Source of the DNA: a virus | Lineage: Duplodnaviria > Caudoviricetes | Virus record (IMG/VR): IMGVR_UViG_3300020048_000009 | Span: 1-64,000 of that record | DNA: 64,000 bases | Reading direction: 5' to 3' (one strand) | Part shown: positions 40,314-51,690 of the stretch, one piece after another | How the letters are laid out: each line of letters begins with the position of its first letter | Position numbering within the stretch: the first letter of the stretch is position 1 | Program-made: the position numbers and the translations under genes | Notes under the pieces: generated by a model | Told to the model about the DNA's origin: nothing | What the model saw: the letters and a program-made list of their open reading frames with translations, nothing else | Databases searched by the model: none

Positions 40314-40718
40314 ATGAAAGCTAATAATACAACAACAACATATCTATATTATCTTGATGGACAATTAATGTATACATTACCATTAGTTAAAGAAAATGAA
40401 ACAGCATATTCAGTAGAATCGCCGGTTATATGTACAGTACAATATTTAAATGAAGAACACACAGAAAAACAAATTATTCTTTATACCAATCCTGAAATTT
40501 TAAAAGAAGAACGCTTTTTCTTAGCCGGTTTAATCGCTGCCATAAAAGAACAAAATGAAGAAATAATTATACAAGATGATAAAGATGAAAATATGATGTA
40601 TAAAGTTGTATGTAAAAAAGATGGATTATATTTTAATGATAAACTAGTTAATCCAATGTATAAAATAGATTTAATAGAAGCTAATAAATTCTTTGCAAAA
40701 GAAATTGTAATAAAATGA
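40314..40718 (+). CDS. Hypothetical protein
   Basis: Open frame, ATGA overlap with next gene. Confidence 0.55.
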   Translation: MKANNTTTTYLYYLDGQLMYTLPLVKENETAYSVESPVICTVQYLNEEHTEKQIILYTNPEILKEERFFLAGLIAAIKEQNEEIIIQDDKDENMMYKVVCKKDGLYFNDKLVNPMYKIDLIEANKFFAKEIVIK

Positions 40719-41401
40719 AGATAGAATTAAAAGATAATGAATGGATAATAACCGATACTACTATTAATTTAACCAGTAATATCGAAAGATCCATTAGTAT
40801 ATGTGTTTCAAATAAAAACAAGTGCACTCTTAATTCAGTAGATTTATCATTAGGTGTTGGAAATTTTTATTATTTTATAGATAGATTTTTTAGAAATTCT
40901 TTTCCGCCTGGTGCTGCACTACATGAAGTGTTAACATTAACACAAAAGAGATTTATTAGAGATGTAGATTTACGTAGTAATATTCTTATTAATTCTGATA
41001 GAAACCAGGGAAAAACTTATATTATGGCAATGTATTGTCTATATAGTCTAATTTGTGATTATTATAATGAAAATAGTAAAGGTACTGATAATATTGTTTT
41101 CATTACACATACTGATGCGTCTAAACAAAATGTACGAAATTATTTTAATAACATTTTAATGCAAAATGATTTATTTAAATATTTTAAAATGGAACAAGAT
41201 AGAAGCAAAATTAAAATGGGAAGTAACGCTGTTCATTTTGTTACTTATAGTTGTAATAATGCAATAAAGGGTATGGGTTCTAAAATATTAGTATGTGATG
41301 AATTACAACAAGCAACCCAGCAACAACAAGATAATATGCTTGCTGCTATTGTACCAACACTATATTACAATAAAAATTCCAAGATTATAAGTAGTATTTA
41401 A
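40715..41401 (+). CDS. Terminase-large-subunit-like ATPase domain only
   Basis: RNQGKT Walker A-like, AIKG, LVCDE Walker B, AAIVPTL..NKNSKII; stops where the STP motif would be. Confidence 0.55.
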   Translation: MKIELKDNEWIITDTTINLTSNIERSISICVSNKNKCTLNSVDLSLGVGNFYYFIDRFFRNSFPPGAALHEVLTLTQKRFIRDVDLRSNILINSDRNQGKTYIMAMYCLYSLICDYYNENSKGTDNIVFITHTDASKQNVRNYFNNILMQNDLFKYFKMEQDRSKIKMGSNAVHFVTYSCNNAIKGMGSKILVCDELQQATQQQQDNMLAAIVPTLYYNKNSKIISSI

Positions 41402-42225
41402 AATCTACTACCTGGTAAATATTCTAATTTCTTTTCTACACTAAAGCTTGTATCAAAATATTTCATAAGTGTATTATATATAGAATTTAAATCCGCATGT
41501 GGGAATACCATTTTATATTTGTTGGCATATTCTATAAATTTATTAATAATTGATGATGCTTGTTCTTTTGTAATATCGGAATGAATATTAAAAAATAAGC
41601 TATTAATTATTTTTACTAGTTTATTTCTAGTGACTATAAAATTATTATCTATTCCATAGTCTAATAATAATAGATATGCGTTATATCCATTAATAGTAAA
41701 GTCACTGATAAGAGCACTTATAAAATCTTCTGTATTAACTGGTTTATATTTTAGGTTTTTATATTTTGCATCTTCGTCTAAATTTTTACAAGCGTTATAA
41801 TTTCCTGTAATATTTACTATACAGGGAATATTCATTTTATTTTTTACTCTGTCTGGAATTATTATTAAAGTAATTATTCCATTATAATTTACGTCTACTC
41901 TATCAGGTAATACCTTTTTACAATCTAACATATTTTGATTATAATTTTTCCAATAGTTTGATATTTCGCTTTGTATACTTTTAGCTTCTTCAGGACGTAA
42001 TCTTGTATTTAAATTAATATCACATTTCCATGTTCCATCTGAATTATTACGGGACCATTTTAAAATATAATTTTTACCGTTAAAGTCCATACTGTTTATA
42101 AAACCAAAAGTTTCTATTGCTCCTGTATATGCTTCTAATATTTTATCATCAGGATTAAACGCTGAAACTTTTGGTTTAATATAATTATCTATTGGAAAAT
42201 CTGGACTATATGTTAGCCATTTCAT
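41398..42225 (-). CDS. Hypothetical protein
   Basis: 275 aa open frame. Confidence 0.6.
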   Translation of the reverse strand: MKWLTYSPDFPIDNYIKPKVSAFNPDDKILEAYTGAIETFGFINSMDFNGKNYILKWSRNNSDGTWKCDINLNTRLRPEEAKSIQSEISNYWKNYNQNMLDCKKVLPDRVDVNYNGIITLIIIPDRVKNKMNIPCIVNITGNYNACKNLDEDAKYKNLKYKPVNTEDFISALISDFTINGYNAYLLLLDYGIDNNFIVTRNKLVKIINSLFFNIHSDITKEQASSIINKFIEYANKYKMVFPHADLNSIYNTLMKYFDTSFSVEKKLEYLPGSRF

Positions 42226-42305
42226 TAACTTTATCTCTCTTTTTATATATTATTTATCACAAATATGTATAATTTAAATAATAAACGACTAAAAAGTATT
42301 TTACT

Positions 42306-43274
42306 ATGATAAATTTAAATATAATTATACAAATGATGGGTGATGACCTTAAGCTAGATTTTAAGCCTATAAGGGATAGCACTTCTAATGATTATGAACA
42401 ATTCCTATGTGATGAGATTCTAAAAAAAATCAAAGATTTTACCGAAGAATTAGTTAACGAGGCTTTATCATATGAAGAAGAAGAGGATACGTCATATAGT
42501 GTTGTACCAAATTCAACATTAAAAGGAATGCCTTCTGCTAATGCCGTAATAGATACGCCTATTAAAAATAGTTATAATAAAAATAATATTTTTACTACGG
42601 GTCTATTAAAAATAGCATATGTTTATACCTTTAAAGACAATAAAAATAATGTAATAAAAGATGGCGATAGGGATATTACCTATAATATGGATGATCCAGC
42701 TTTTGCTAGAGAATTTAAACAGGATAAGAAAATTCTAATTACCAGAGTCCAGGCTCATGATTATTTTACCAATCCTATAAAAATTTATAGTAAAATAGAT
42801 GTAATAGAAAATGTAAAAAACTTTTTATTAACTGGTAAAAATGATGAAGGTAACGTTTTTGCAAAAGAAGCGGTAGCTGATTTAGATTTTGATAATTCAA
42901 CATTTATTGAATTTTATGAAGAAGAAAATATATGGTGGAATAGAGATAAAGAAGAAATGGATAATTTCCTAGACCAATATAATAAACATAAAAAAATTAC
43001 AGGATTATATAATGATGGTATCTGTTATCTAAGAATACCTTTACTTTCAGATCCAAATATTTATGTTAATTTCTATTTTAACTATTTTGATTGTAATAAT
43101 AAGATAAAACATATTAAAGATACGACTGTTATATTAGTTAAATCCTTTAATAAAAGAGATGAAGATCCGTTATATTCCTTTGGTAAAAATTTAGTAAGTT
43201 TAGAATATTCTGAAAATTATGATTTTATCTTTAAAGATATAGAGTTAAAGAAATTCTTAAAATCTAATAAATAA
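42306..43274 (+). CDS. Hypothetical protein
   Basis: 322 aa open frame; real start may be a downstream Met. Confidence 0.6.
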   Translation: MINLNIIIQMMGDDLKLDFKPIRDSTSNDYEQFLCDEILKKIKDFTEELVNEALSYEEEEDTSYSVVPNSTLKGMPSANAVIDTPIKNSYNKNNIFTTGLLKIAYVYTFKDNKNNVIKDGDRDITYNMDDPAFAREFKQDKKILITRVQAHDYFTNPIKIYSKIDVIENVKNFLLTGKNDEGNVFAKEAVADLDFDNSTFIEFYEEENIWWNRDKEEMDNFLDQYNKHKKITGLYNDGICYLRIPLLSDPNIYVNFYFNYFDCNNKIKHIKDTTVILVKSFNKRDEDPLYSFGKNLVSLEYSENYDFIFKDIELKKFLKSNK

Positions 43275-43304
43275 ATTTAATTAATAACTAAAGAAATTGA
43301 ATTT

Positions 43305-43901
43305 ATGGCAAATGCATCAGATGTTTATAACGATATTATAAATGAGGATACTCAACGAATTAATGAAAAAGGCCTATTACCTGCATTAGCATTAGCTGCA
43401 GGTATGGCATTTGCTAATCCAGCACAAGCTAAAAAAGTTATAGATGCACCCCAAGCAGCAGTATCTACTAATGTAAAAAATGTAGATAATAAAGTAAAAA
43501 AGGTTAATGATAGAATTGTTGAAATTTTAGCGAAAACTATATATACAGAAGCCCGGGGAGAATCGTATAAAGGTAAATTGGCAGTTGCTACTATTATTTG
43601 GAATAGAGCAAATAATAATACTTGGCGAAAACTTGGCTTGTCTGGGGTATGCTTACAGAAAAAGCAATTCTCCGGTTGGAATAACGGTGAACCAAGAATA
43701 AAAATCAATACCTATCTTGAACAAAAAGCTTGGAATGACAGTTTAGAATTAGCAAAATCAATGGTTGATAATACGTTTAGACCATTAGCTGCTTTAAAAG
43801 ATTCTACTTATTATTATAACCCTAAAAAAGCTACACCTTCTTGGGGTAAGAAGTTAAAAAATATAAAATTTGTTGGGAATCATAAATTCGGTAAATTATA
43901 A
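43305..43901 (+). CDS. SleB-like cell wall hydrolase
   Basis: LAKTIYTEARGE, AVA..I.NR, V.LQKKQFS.W, YYYNP, P.W, GNH.F. Confidence 0.88.
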   Translation: MANASDVYNDIINEDTQRINEKGLLPALALAAGMAFANPAQAKKVIDAPQAAVSTNVKNVDNKVKKVNDRIVEILAKTIYTEARGESYKGKLAVATIIWNRANNNTWRKLGLSGVCLQKKQFSGWNNGEPRIKINTYLEQKAWNDSLELAKSMVDNTFRPLAALKDSTYYYNPKKATPSWGKKLKNIKFVGNHKFGKL

Positions 43902-44132
43902 TTAATATGGTTTGGGTTTAATTTGCCATTCCTGTATACCATTATTCTTTAACTTTTTATCAATACTTCTACTTATTGCTTCATTATTTTTATTTATAGC
44001 ATTAATTACTGAAGCATTATATTTATAGTTATAATCACCAGCATCTAATTCTTTTTTTCTTTTAGCTAAATACTCTTTGCTAAAAATAGAATTCTCTAAT
44101 ATCGTCTTAACATATGGATGAAATTTTATCAT
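43902..44132 (-). CDS. Small hypothetical protein
   Basis: 76 aa; leader ...KTILEN. Confidence 0.45.
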   Translation of the reverse strand: MIKFHPYVKTILENSIFSKEYLAKRKKELDAGDYNYKYNASVINAINKNNEAISRSIDKKLKNNGIQEWQIKPKPY

Positions 44133-44179
44133 ATTTTTATTTATTATTTTGATAAATAAATAAAAAAGAAATTAATGCT

Positions 44180-47100
44180 ATGGTTTATAATATATTAAAA
44201 AGATTTAATACTTTTCTTAAAAACAATGAAGTAATCTTAGAGGCTAATGAAAATTCGCCCAGAAATCAATTAATTAAACATTTATCTACAAATGTTTCAG
44301 ATGAAGCGGCAAAACAAGACATCGTAAAAAAGGTTGACTTATTCTTTGCTTTTAAAAAAGAAGGTAGATTGTCTGGTATAAAAGAAAAAGAAAAATTAGA
44401 TATTAACTGGTGGATTAAGAATAATAAAACATTTACTGATTTTAATCAATATTTTGATGAATTTTTCAACAATCCCGACAATGTTTCAGTTGATGAATAT
44501 TATTTAAAATATTTAAAGGGTAATAGATTATATAACTATGATTTAGTTCCTAAAAGAATAATAGATCATTTGAAAAATGGTGAAGATTTCGATGGACATC
44601 CTGCCGTAAATCCACATACAGCCGTTCCACATTTAACTAAAAAAGGATTTTCTATAGCATTTGAAAATCCTAGTTGGTTGGTGGTTGTTCCACATACTAA
44701 ATGGGCATCTATATTTTTTAGTAAAATGAATGAAGAACCAAGTTGGAGATATGCATCTTGGTGTACTGGTAAATACGACAAAGAAGATCATAATAATTAC
44801 TTTAACCGTACTAATTATACTCCTCATGGTTTTCAATATATTATCATAGATAAAGTTCGTAGAACTAAATATAATATTCAATTCTCTAATCATTCGTCTG
44901 GTAATAAACAAACAGAACAGAATAATACAATTAGTCAGGGTGAATATGATGTATTCCCAATCGAGCTCATTACTGCAATGTTTAATTTTGAAGATAAAAA
45001 TGAAGCTAAAAGTTTAAGAGCAGATAATATAGCAGATTTTTATAAAATATTAACACAAAAACGTTATAGTAAAATAGATGAACTTGCACAACTACCATTT
45101 ATTAAACAAATAGAAACAAGAAAGAGATTAAAAAATCTATTTGATACTGTTCCTATTAATGAACGGGATGATTTAAATACATATAGAACTACTATTACTG
45201 ATTTTATTAATAAAAATTTAAATACATTTTTTACTCTTGATGATGTAAAAATATATCTATCTGAAATGATTCCTGTATGGTCTGATACAAGACTTGATTA
45301 TACGTTTAAACTACATATACATATTTTGTCATTACAGGAATTTTTCATTGAGACAATAATACAAAAAATGGATAGTCTCAATGTAGAACAAAATCCAAAT
45401 GATAAATTAACATTATCTACTACTATTACAGACTATATTTTTAATGTTTTAAATAAACCTGAATTATTTGAAAGAGCAAAAAATAGTGCTATTTCTAAAG
45501 GGTTAATGCTACCTAAATCAAGTACTTTTGATGTGTTTGAACGCTTAACACCAGAACAAAAAACAGAGCACTTAATCAATAAATTTAAAAGATCTAAAGT
45601 ATTAGAGAAAGATGTTAATTTATATCCATATGAAGCTATATTAGCGTTTGTTAAATATTTAAATACTCTCGATTCTTTTTCTATATCTGAAATTGTTGAA
45701 AATAATGATGTAGTTGAAATACTTTTTAGAAAAACAATAAATTGTTCTAGTAAGTATAAAGCACATATTGAAAAAAATACAACAGAAATAGAAAATGATA
45801 ATGATATTTTAGAGTTAAACGCTAATAATACAGAAACGGAAGAAGAAATACAGTTATTTTTCCAAAAATGTTTATCTACTGATTTTAGTAATAGCAACGG
45901 TCAATATTCTACAGGTATTTTTAGAATTTTTAATGCTGAAAATAAACAATTATTTCTTAATAAATGTTTAGATAATGGTTTATCTTTTTACTCTAAAGAG
46001 ATTTTAAAAATATTATCTCCAAATACAATTAATACCATTTTATTATCAGCAACTAATTCTAAATATATATTAAACCCTTCATATTTAAAAAATGCTGAAT
46101 TTAATGATATACTATCTAATTATATTGATATGATTTTGGCAAAAGAAGATCTTTATTCTTTAGAGTTATATGTAAACGTTAATGCAATTTCACAAAAACA
46201 ATTACATACCCTTATTAAAAAACGTTTTGAACATGAAAGATATTCTATACCAATACCTATATATGGAGTATTATCACATGAAAATAAAAAAGCCTATGTG
46301 AAATTACTTATGGATAAATTGGTATCATATCCAAATGAAGATTATCCTGCTATTCATAGTCTTTGGACAGAATCTTTAATTGAAAATGTTTTTGATGAAG
46401 ATTTATTTAAATATTATATTGAAAAAGCTAAGATAAATCCTAATATTTTTAATGACCTTATTATAAAGAAAATGCCTGAGTCTTTAAGAAATGAATATCT
46501 AAAAATTAGAATAGATGGAAATGTAAAATTAAGAGATTTAGAAAATTCTTATGTAACAGACACGTTGATATTATATTATATCGAAAAAGCTACTAGAGAC
46601 GGTACAAAAATATCAGAAACAATATTCGTTAAAGCCAATGCTCTAAATCCAGAATTAACAAAAAACTATATATTAAGTAGAATAAATGCTGGATATACAT
46701 TAAGTTTAGTAGAACAAGATAATTGTTCTGTTGATGTTTTATACACATATTATAAAAAATGGATTGATGATAAAAAAATATTAGCTTTTTCTGAATTTAC
46801 TAAATTAAGCAACGATACACTTCGCCCACTAAAACATAGATATTTAAAAATGATGTTCCCGAACATTGATCCTATGTATTTTGCTGATGTGTCAGATGTT
46901 GTAAAAGAAGCAATTCTTAAAAAATATACAGATGCTAATTTAAATATTCCTAGAAACATTTTAGCAATAACGCCCGTTGCAATACGTGAGAAATTCCAAG
47001 ATGTAACATTTACTGCAATAAGTGATGAAGAATTTAATGGACTAGATATAAATTCTAAGAAAACATATATTACAAACTGTATTGAAAAGCATATATTAGT

Positions 47101-47311
47101 AACACCTCATCAATTATCTAAATTAAGTGCAGGTTTACAGAAGAAATATATAGAAAGTAATGCAGGTAGATTTGCATTAAGTAATAATCATTTCAATGTT
47201 TTAAGTGAAGAAAATAGATTGTTATATATACATACTTGGTTAGAAAAAGGTAAAAATTCTCTTATTACTCCCGGTCAATTATCATGGGCAAGAGCGCACG
47301 TAAATAAATAA
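44180..47311 (+). CDS. Large hypothetical protein with DIxxW/WC module and C-terminal helical repeats
   Basis: 1043 aa; paralog of 47341..50118 (shared WLVV.PH..W.S.FF.K...ASWCT, FQYIIIDK...KYNIQFSN). Confidence 0.75.
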   Translation: MVYNILKRFNTFLKNNEVILEANENSPRNQLIKHLSTNVSDEAAKQDIVKKVDLFFAFKKEGRLSGIKEKEKLDINWWIKNNKTFTDFNQYFDEFFNNPDNVSVDEYYLKYLKGNRLYNYDLVPKRIIDHLKNGEDFDGHPAVNPHTAVPHLTKKGFSIAFENPSWLVVVPHTKWASIFFSKMNEEPSWRYASWCTGKYDKEDHNNYFNRTNYTPHGFQYIIIDKVRRTKYNIQFSNHSSGNKQTEQNNTISQGEYDVFPIELITAMFNFEDKNEAKSLRADNIADFYKILTQKRYSKIDELAQLPFIKQIETRKRLKNLFDTVPINERDDLNTYRTTITDFINKNLNTFFTLDDVKIYLSEMIPVWSDTRLDYTFKLHIHILSLQEFFIETIIQKMDSLNVEQNPNDKLTLSTTITDYIFNVLNKPELFERAKNSAISKGLMLPKSSTFDVFERLTPEQKTEHLINKFKRSKVLEKDVNLYPYEAILAFVKYLNTLDSFSISEIVENNDVVEILFRKTINCSSKYKAHIEKNTTEIENDNDILELNANNTETEEEIQLFFQKCLSTDFSNSNGQYSTGIFRIFNAENKQLFLNKCLDNGLSFYSKEILKILSPNTINTILLSATNSKYILNPSYLKNAEFNDILSNYIDMILAKEDLYSLELYVNVNAISQKQLHTLIKKRFEHERYSIPIPIYGVLSHENKKAYVKLLMDKLVSYPNEDYPAIHSLWTESLIENVFDEDLFKYYIEKAKINPNIFNDLIIKKMPESLRNEYLKIRIDGNVKLRDLENSYVTDTLILYYIEKATRDGTKISETIFVKANALNPELTKNYILSRINAGYTLSLVEQDNCSVDVLYTYYKKWIDDKKILAFSEFTKLSNDTLRPLKHRYLKMMFPNIDPMYFADVSDVVKEAILKKYTDANLNIPRNILAITPVAIREKFQDVTFTAISDEEFNGLDINSKKTYITNCIEKHILVTPHQLSKLSAGLQKKYIESNAGRFALSNNHFNVLSEENRLLYIHTWLEKGKNSLITPGQLSWARAHVNK

Positions 47312-47340
47312 AAGTAATAAATAAAATAAAAATAAAAGTT

Positions 47341-50118
47341 ATGAAAAATAGATATAAAGAATTACAAAAAAAATTATTAAATGAAGATTGTTTAGAATTA
47401 ATTGTCGAAGCTAATATAGATAAAGATAGATTAGCTAAACATTTTCTAGAACATAATTATGATGGTGATCATTCTGAAGATAAAGTAAAAAGTTTTGTAG
47501 ATTGGTTTTGGTCATTTAAACCTACTAAACAAGCTGTAAACTTTAATATTTTAAATCCACAATATTGGATTAATTCTGGTTCAACTATAAAAGCATTGGT
47601 TCCAATACTTAATAAATATGATAATAACAGACAATATAGACTACCCGCTGTTCCAGTAGGACAAGAAAAAACAGAAGAAAAATTATTTGCACATTTTACA
47701 AAATTTGATGATTATAGTAAAGCTGATTGTAGATATTATGTAAATATATATCTAAATATGTTAGATAAAAAGATTTTAAAGCCTATTAATCCCTTAGATA
47801 TTAATTATTGGATCAAATCTAATATTGAATTTAATGATTTTTATAATTTCTTTTATCCTTATTATAAAAAAAGCTTAAAAACAACAATAAACGAATCTAT
47901 AACAGTAAGAGCCTTTTATGAAGAAGTATTAGATGCTGATGATGTTTACAATTATAATAATATTCCTCCATTTATTTTAGATAGATTATTAAAAAATCAA
48001 AATTTTGATGGCCAAGCTTGTGATAGAAATAATATAGTAACGGATAGAGGTTATTCTATCTTACATAACGATAATAATTGGTTAGTTGTATGTCCACATA
48101 ATGAATGGTCTTCTAGATTTTTTGGTAAAATGGTCCAATCATATGATGGTGACTGGGCTTCTTGGTGTACATGTAAATATTTAAGAAACATGTATTGGAG
48201 TTACGCTGAGTATGGTTTTCAATACATTATCATAGATAAAGTTAATAAAACTAAATATAATATTCAATTTTCCAATAGATCTGGTGGCAATAAACAAACC
48301 ATCGAAAATAGTTCTTTAAAAACAGGTGAATATGATAGATTCCCTGGAGAATTAATAAACAAGATGTTTATATTTGAAAATACCAATAATACAGATGCAG
48401 GCAAAAAAAATGCTAATATAAAAGATTTTGCAGAAACATTAGAATATAACAAGTATAAATATTTATATGAAATAACTATATTGAAAGATCTTATTAAATT
48501 TAAAATTGTTAGTAAGGTTTTAGAAGTAGATAATGATATTACGGCTCTTGATAAGCTAGATATAACGCCTGATGATCTAAAAAAATATATAGATTCAGCG
48601 GTTACAACTAGTATAAATATATTTAGAGATTCTGATTACGCTTCTTATAAAAATAATACAAAAGACTCAATTGTTAAAAATGTTATGGATAAGTATGATT
48701 CGAATTTATATATCTATCTACTTAATGCATTAATAACACAAATGAAGGCTCGTACGGATATTAAAGAAGGCGCTTTTTCTGCATATATGATAGATTATAT
48801 TATTGATACCTTAAACGATCAATCTACTCTTGATATATGTAGACAATTATATATAGAACGTGGATATAAAAATGCTCATAGATTAATTTATAGTAGTGAC
48901 ACATATGGTGGTGATAATACTGTATTAAGTAAAAATGAAAATGTTACAGATGAACAATTTGAAACATATACATTAAATACTATTAAAGACAATATTAAGA
49001 ATCTAAACGTTCAAAGTTTTGAAGCATATTCACCATCATTAAAAAACAAATTAATAGGGGTAATTGCTAATATAAGTGATATGTATAGAACCTCTACTTT
49101 AAACTTCATGCTTAAAGGTGAGCCGAATCTATTAACTTCTATAATAAATAGCTCAGAATTATATAAAAAACTATATGCAGATACTAATTTATTAACAATG
49201 GAAATGTTAATAAAAGAAGAAAATATAGAAAAATTATCTGATACCGATCAAAGAATAAGTATTATATTAAATTTAATCGTTTCTGCTTTTGTTGATAATA
49301 AAACTGGCGGCGGATATATAAGAGATGAATATTCAGAATTTATTAAAACAAATATGAATGCTAATTTTTTAAGAGTTTTAACAACCGATAAGTTTAATAA
49401 AATGTTGGATGTACTTTCTTTATTAAATAATGTAGATATTAATAGATATATTAAAATATTAGCTGAACCTATTATTGTTAAATATATAAATATGTGTATT
49501 CTTAAAAATAATCCAATTACATCAGAGGCTGAACAATATGTTACTTCAGAATTATTTGAATTATATATCAACTCTAAAATTAATAGTTTAGATAAAGATT
49601 CATCACAAGAACTTTCAGTATTATTATTCAATAAGTTTAAAGATACGAACACTGCAATATTAGAACAATATATTAAAGCTAAAATGTCTAAAAAATTAAA
49701 AGTTTCATCACATGAATTACAATTATGCGATAGACAGACACAACTAAAATATATAGAGTCTTTAATTGTTTCAGGTAGAACTATTGCTTTAGACTTGTTT
49801 GAGATGTGTCCTGTTGCATTACAACATTTATATGTTTTAAATACAGGATATAGAAATATTTCTGGTAATTATTATAATCTATGTAAGATTATAAAAAATC
49901 CAGATGGAACAGAAAAAGCAAATTTGAAATTATATCTATGGCGTGATTTTATTAATAATGATACACTACCTGTAGGATATTTACAGTTCACAACACCTGA
50001 ACTATTTGCTAAAGTTTCTGAATATTTTTATTCTAAAGATAGAAGTCAATCATTCATAGAGCATTTCAAGAAGCTCGAAGAGACTATGAAGAGTGGAATA
50101 GATATAGCTAATCAATAA
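47341..50118 (+). CDS. Large hypothetical protein, paralog of 44180..47311
   Basis: 925 aa, same conserved core. Confidence 0.75.
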   Translation: MKNRYKELQKKLLNEDCLELIVEANIDKDRLAKHFLEHNYDGDHSEDKVKSFVDWFWSFKPTKQAVNFNILNPQYWINSGSTIKALVPILNKYDNNRQYRLPAVPVGQEKTEEKLFAHFTKFDDYSKADCRYYVNIYLNMLDKKILKPINPLDINYWIKSNIEFNDFYNFFYPYYKKSLKTTINESITVRAFYEEVLDADDVYNYNNIPPFILDRLLKNQNFDGQACDRNNIVTDRGYSILHNDNNWLVVCPHNEWSSRFFGKMVQSYDGDWASWCTCKYLRNMYWSYAEYGFQYIIIDKVNKTKYNIQFSNRSGGNKQTIENSSLKTGEYDRFPGELINKMFIFENTNNTDAGKKNANIKDFAETLEYNKYKYLYEITILKDLIKFKIVSKVLEVDNDITALDKLDITPDDLKKYIDSAVTTSINIFRDSDYASYKNNTKDSIVKNVMDKYDSNLYIYLLNALITQMKARTDIKEGAFSAYMIDYIIDTLNDQSTLDICRQLYIERGYKNAHRLIYSSDTYGGDNTVLSKNENVTDEQFETYTLNTIKDNIKNLNVQSFEAYSPSLKNKLIGVIANISDMYRTSTLNFMLKGEPNLLTSIINSSELYKKLYADTNLLTMEMLIKEENIEKLSDTDQRISIILNLIVSAFVDNKTGGGYIRDEYSEFIKTNMNANFLRVLTTDKFNKMLDVLSLLNNVDINRYIKILAEPIIVKYINMCILKNNPITSEAEQYVTSELFELYINSKINSLDKDSSQELSVLLFNKFKDTNTAILEQYIKAKMSKKLKVSSHELQLCDRQTQLKYIESLIVSGRTIALDLFEMCPVALQHLYVLNTGYRNISGNYYNLCKIIKNPDGTEKANLKLYLWRDFINNDTLPVGYLQFTTPELFAKVSEYFYSKDRSQSFIEHFKKLEETMKSGIDIANQ

Positions 50119-50137
50119 GTATTAGTTATATCATATA

Positions 50138-50179
50138 ATTAAATCCTAATCTAAATTAAACATTAGATTAGGATTTAAT
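50138..50179. terminator. 17-bp perfect inverted repeat, likely bidirectional terminator
   Basis: ATTAAATCCTAATCTAA / TTAGATTAGGATTTAAT with 8-nt loop between convergent genes. Confidence 0.7.
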
Positions 50180-50922
50180 GTTTTATATCCTGAAAAGGAT
50201 ACTTCAAACTCTCCATTAAAATATAATTCAAGTTGATTTAAATTAAAAATATTATCTTTATTATCTGTTATATTTTCAAGATTATCTAAATCCGCTAGAG
50301 TAATATCGTTGTTATAAACAAGTCTACCGCCCTGTATTAAATCATTATTTTTATATAAGTCTATAAATAAATTTGAACGATAGATTCGTATTGCTGCTAA
50401 TAAAATATTTAAACTTTTTATTTTTTTAAGATAATTTTTAAGGATGTATTGAGGTTTTATTGTTTCAGGGTCTATTAATTCATCCATATCAAGGCTAGAT
50501 GTATCAAATTTTGATAATTCTGGTAAATCTAATAATTCAACTAATCTAATTTGTATGGGTGGATTTAGGTGAAAGTTTATATCATCATTAATGTATAAAA
50601 TATTATCATTTATATAAAATTTAGAAAAATGTCCTCTATCTATTATTTTTTTAGGTGTACCATCAGTATCACGGAATTCTATTACATCATCAAAATTACC
50701 GTTATTTAATTTAGACATTATTACAATATCAGAACTTATATTAAATAAACGTGATCGTATATATTGATCTGTTCTATAAACTACATATGCATTATAATTA
50801 GTTTTATATGTTTCTAATAATTTCTTAAAATATTTAACTAATAGGTTAAAATTAGTATAACCCGCTTCATTTTCTTGGGCTTCAATCAATAATTTTGCTC
50901 TTAAATTTTCAAATCTTTTCAT
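50146..50922 (-). CDS. Tandem paralog family member 6 (most divergent)
   Basis: Leader MKRFENLRAKLLIE; central LDMDELI; C-terminal YKTLNP. Confidence 0.7.
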   Translation of the reverse strand: MKRFENLRAKLLIEAQENEAGYTNFNLLVKYFKKLLETYKTNYNAYVVYRTDQYIRSRLFNISSDIVIMSKLNNGNFDDVIEFRDTDGTPKKIIDRGHFSKFYINDNILYINDDINFHLNPPIQIRLVELLDLPELSKFDTSSLDMDELIDPETIKPQYILKNYLKKIKSLNILLAAIRIYRSNLFIDLYKNNDLIQGGRLVYNNDITLADLDNLENITDNKDNIFNLNQLELYFNGEFEVSFSGYKTLNPNLMFNLD

Positions 50923-51686
50923 TTTATGAATTCCTTGGGATCAATTATTTTATACTTTAAATACCATAAATGTGTAGTTCCTGCTGATAATAATAAAAAG
51001 TCTTTATCTAAAAATCTATATACCTTATAATTAATATCTCCTCCACTATATGATATTTCATGCGTTTCACGGTCAGTAGATACTCCAACAGAATTATCTT
51101 TAATAGTATCAAGTGCTGGAAATAACATGAATCCCGCGGTTAATGCAATCTCTACTTTTTCTGTTTCCATAATCATTTTAAAGAAATTATATAAATTATT
51201 TTTTAATGAAGGTTCTACGTCTAATAAATCATCTAATTTATTGTAATCAACACTTGGATAATTACTAAATTGCTGCATATCATGTATTTCAATTATTTGA
51301 ACCTTGATATTTACATTATATACGCCCCATTTAGTAGAAATTATTATTTCATTACCATTAATTTCAAAATTAATAAGTTCCTTTGCTTGAATCAAACGAT
51401 TATCAATTCTAATATAGTTAGAATTATTATCCACACCCCAAACTCTTCCCCAAGATGTACTACGAATTCTTGGTGTATTGGGATATAATAACAAATATGG
51501 TCCATCGGGTAAAGCATTAGTGGCTTGTTTATATAATAAACAATATTTATTACCATTATTATAAAGCCTATTAAACAACATAAAAAGAGTGTTAAATTTA
51601 TTTCTACGCTCATTAATAATAGTATATACATCAATATCATCATCTTCACATAATAATTTAGCTCTTAATTTTTTAAATCTATCCAT
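50919..51686 (-). CDS. Tandem paralog family member 5
   Basis: MDRFKKLRAKLLCED; VDYNKLDDLL; KYKIIDPKEFI. Confidence 0.75.
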   Translation of the reverse strand: MDRFKKLRAKLLCEDDDIDVYTIINERRNKFNTLFMLFNRLYNNGNKYCLLYKQATNALPDGPYLLLYPNTPRIRSTSWGRVWGVDNNSNYIRIDNRLIQAKELINFEINGNEIIISTKWGVYNVNIKVQIIEIHDMQQFSNYPSVDYNKLDDLLDVEPSLKNNLYNFFKMIMETEKVEIALTAGFMLFPALDTIKDNSVGVSTDRETHEISYSGGDINYKVYRFLDKDFLLLSAGTTHLWYLKYKIIDPKEFIK

Positions 51687-51690
51687 TTGA

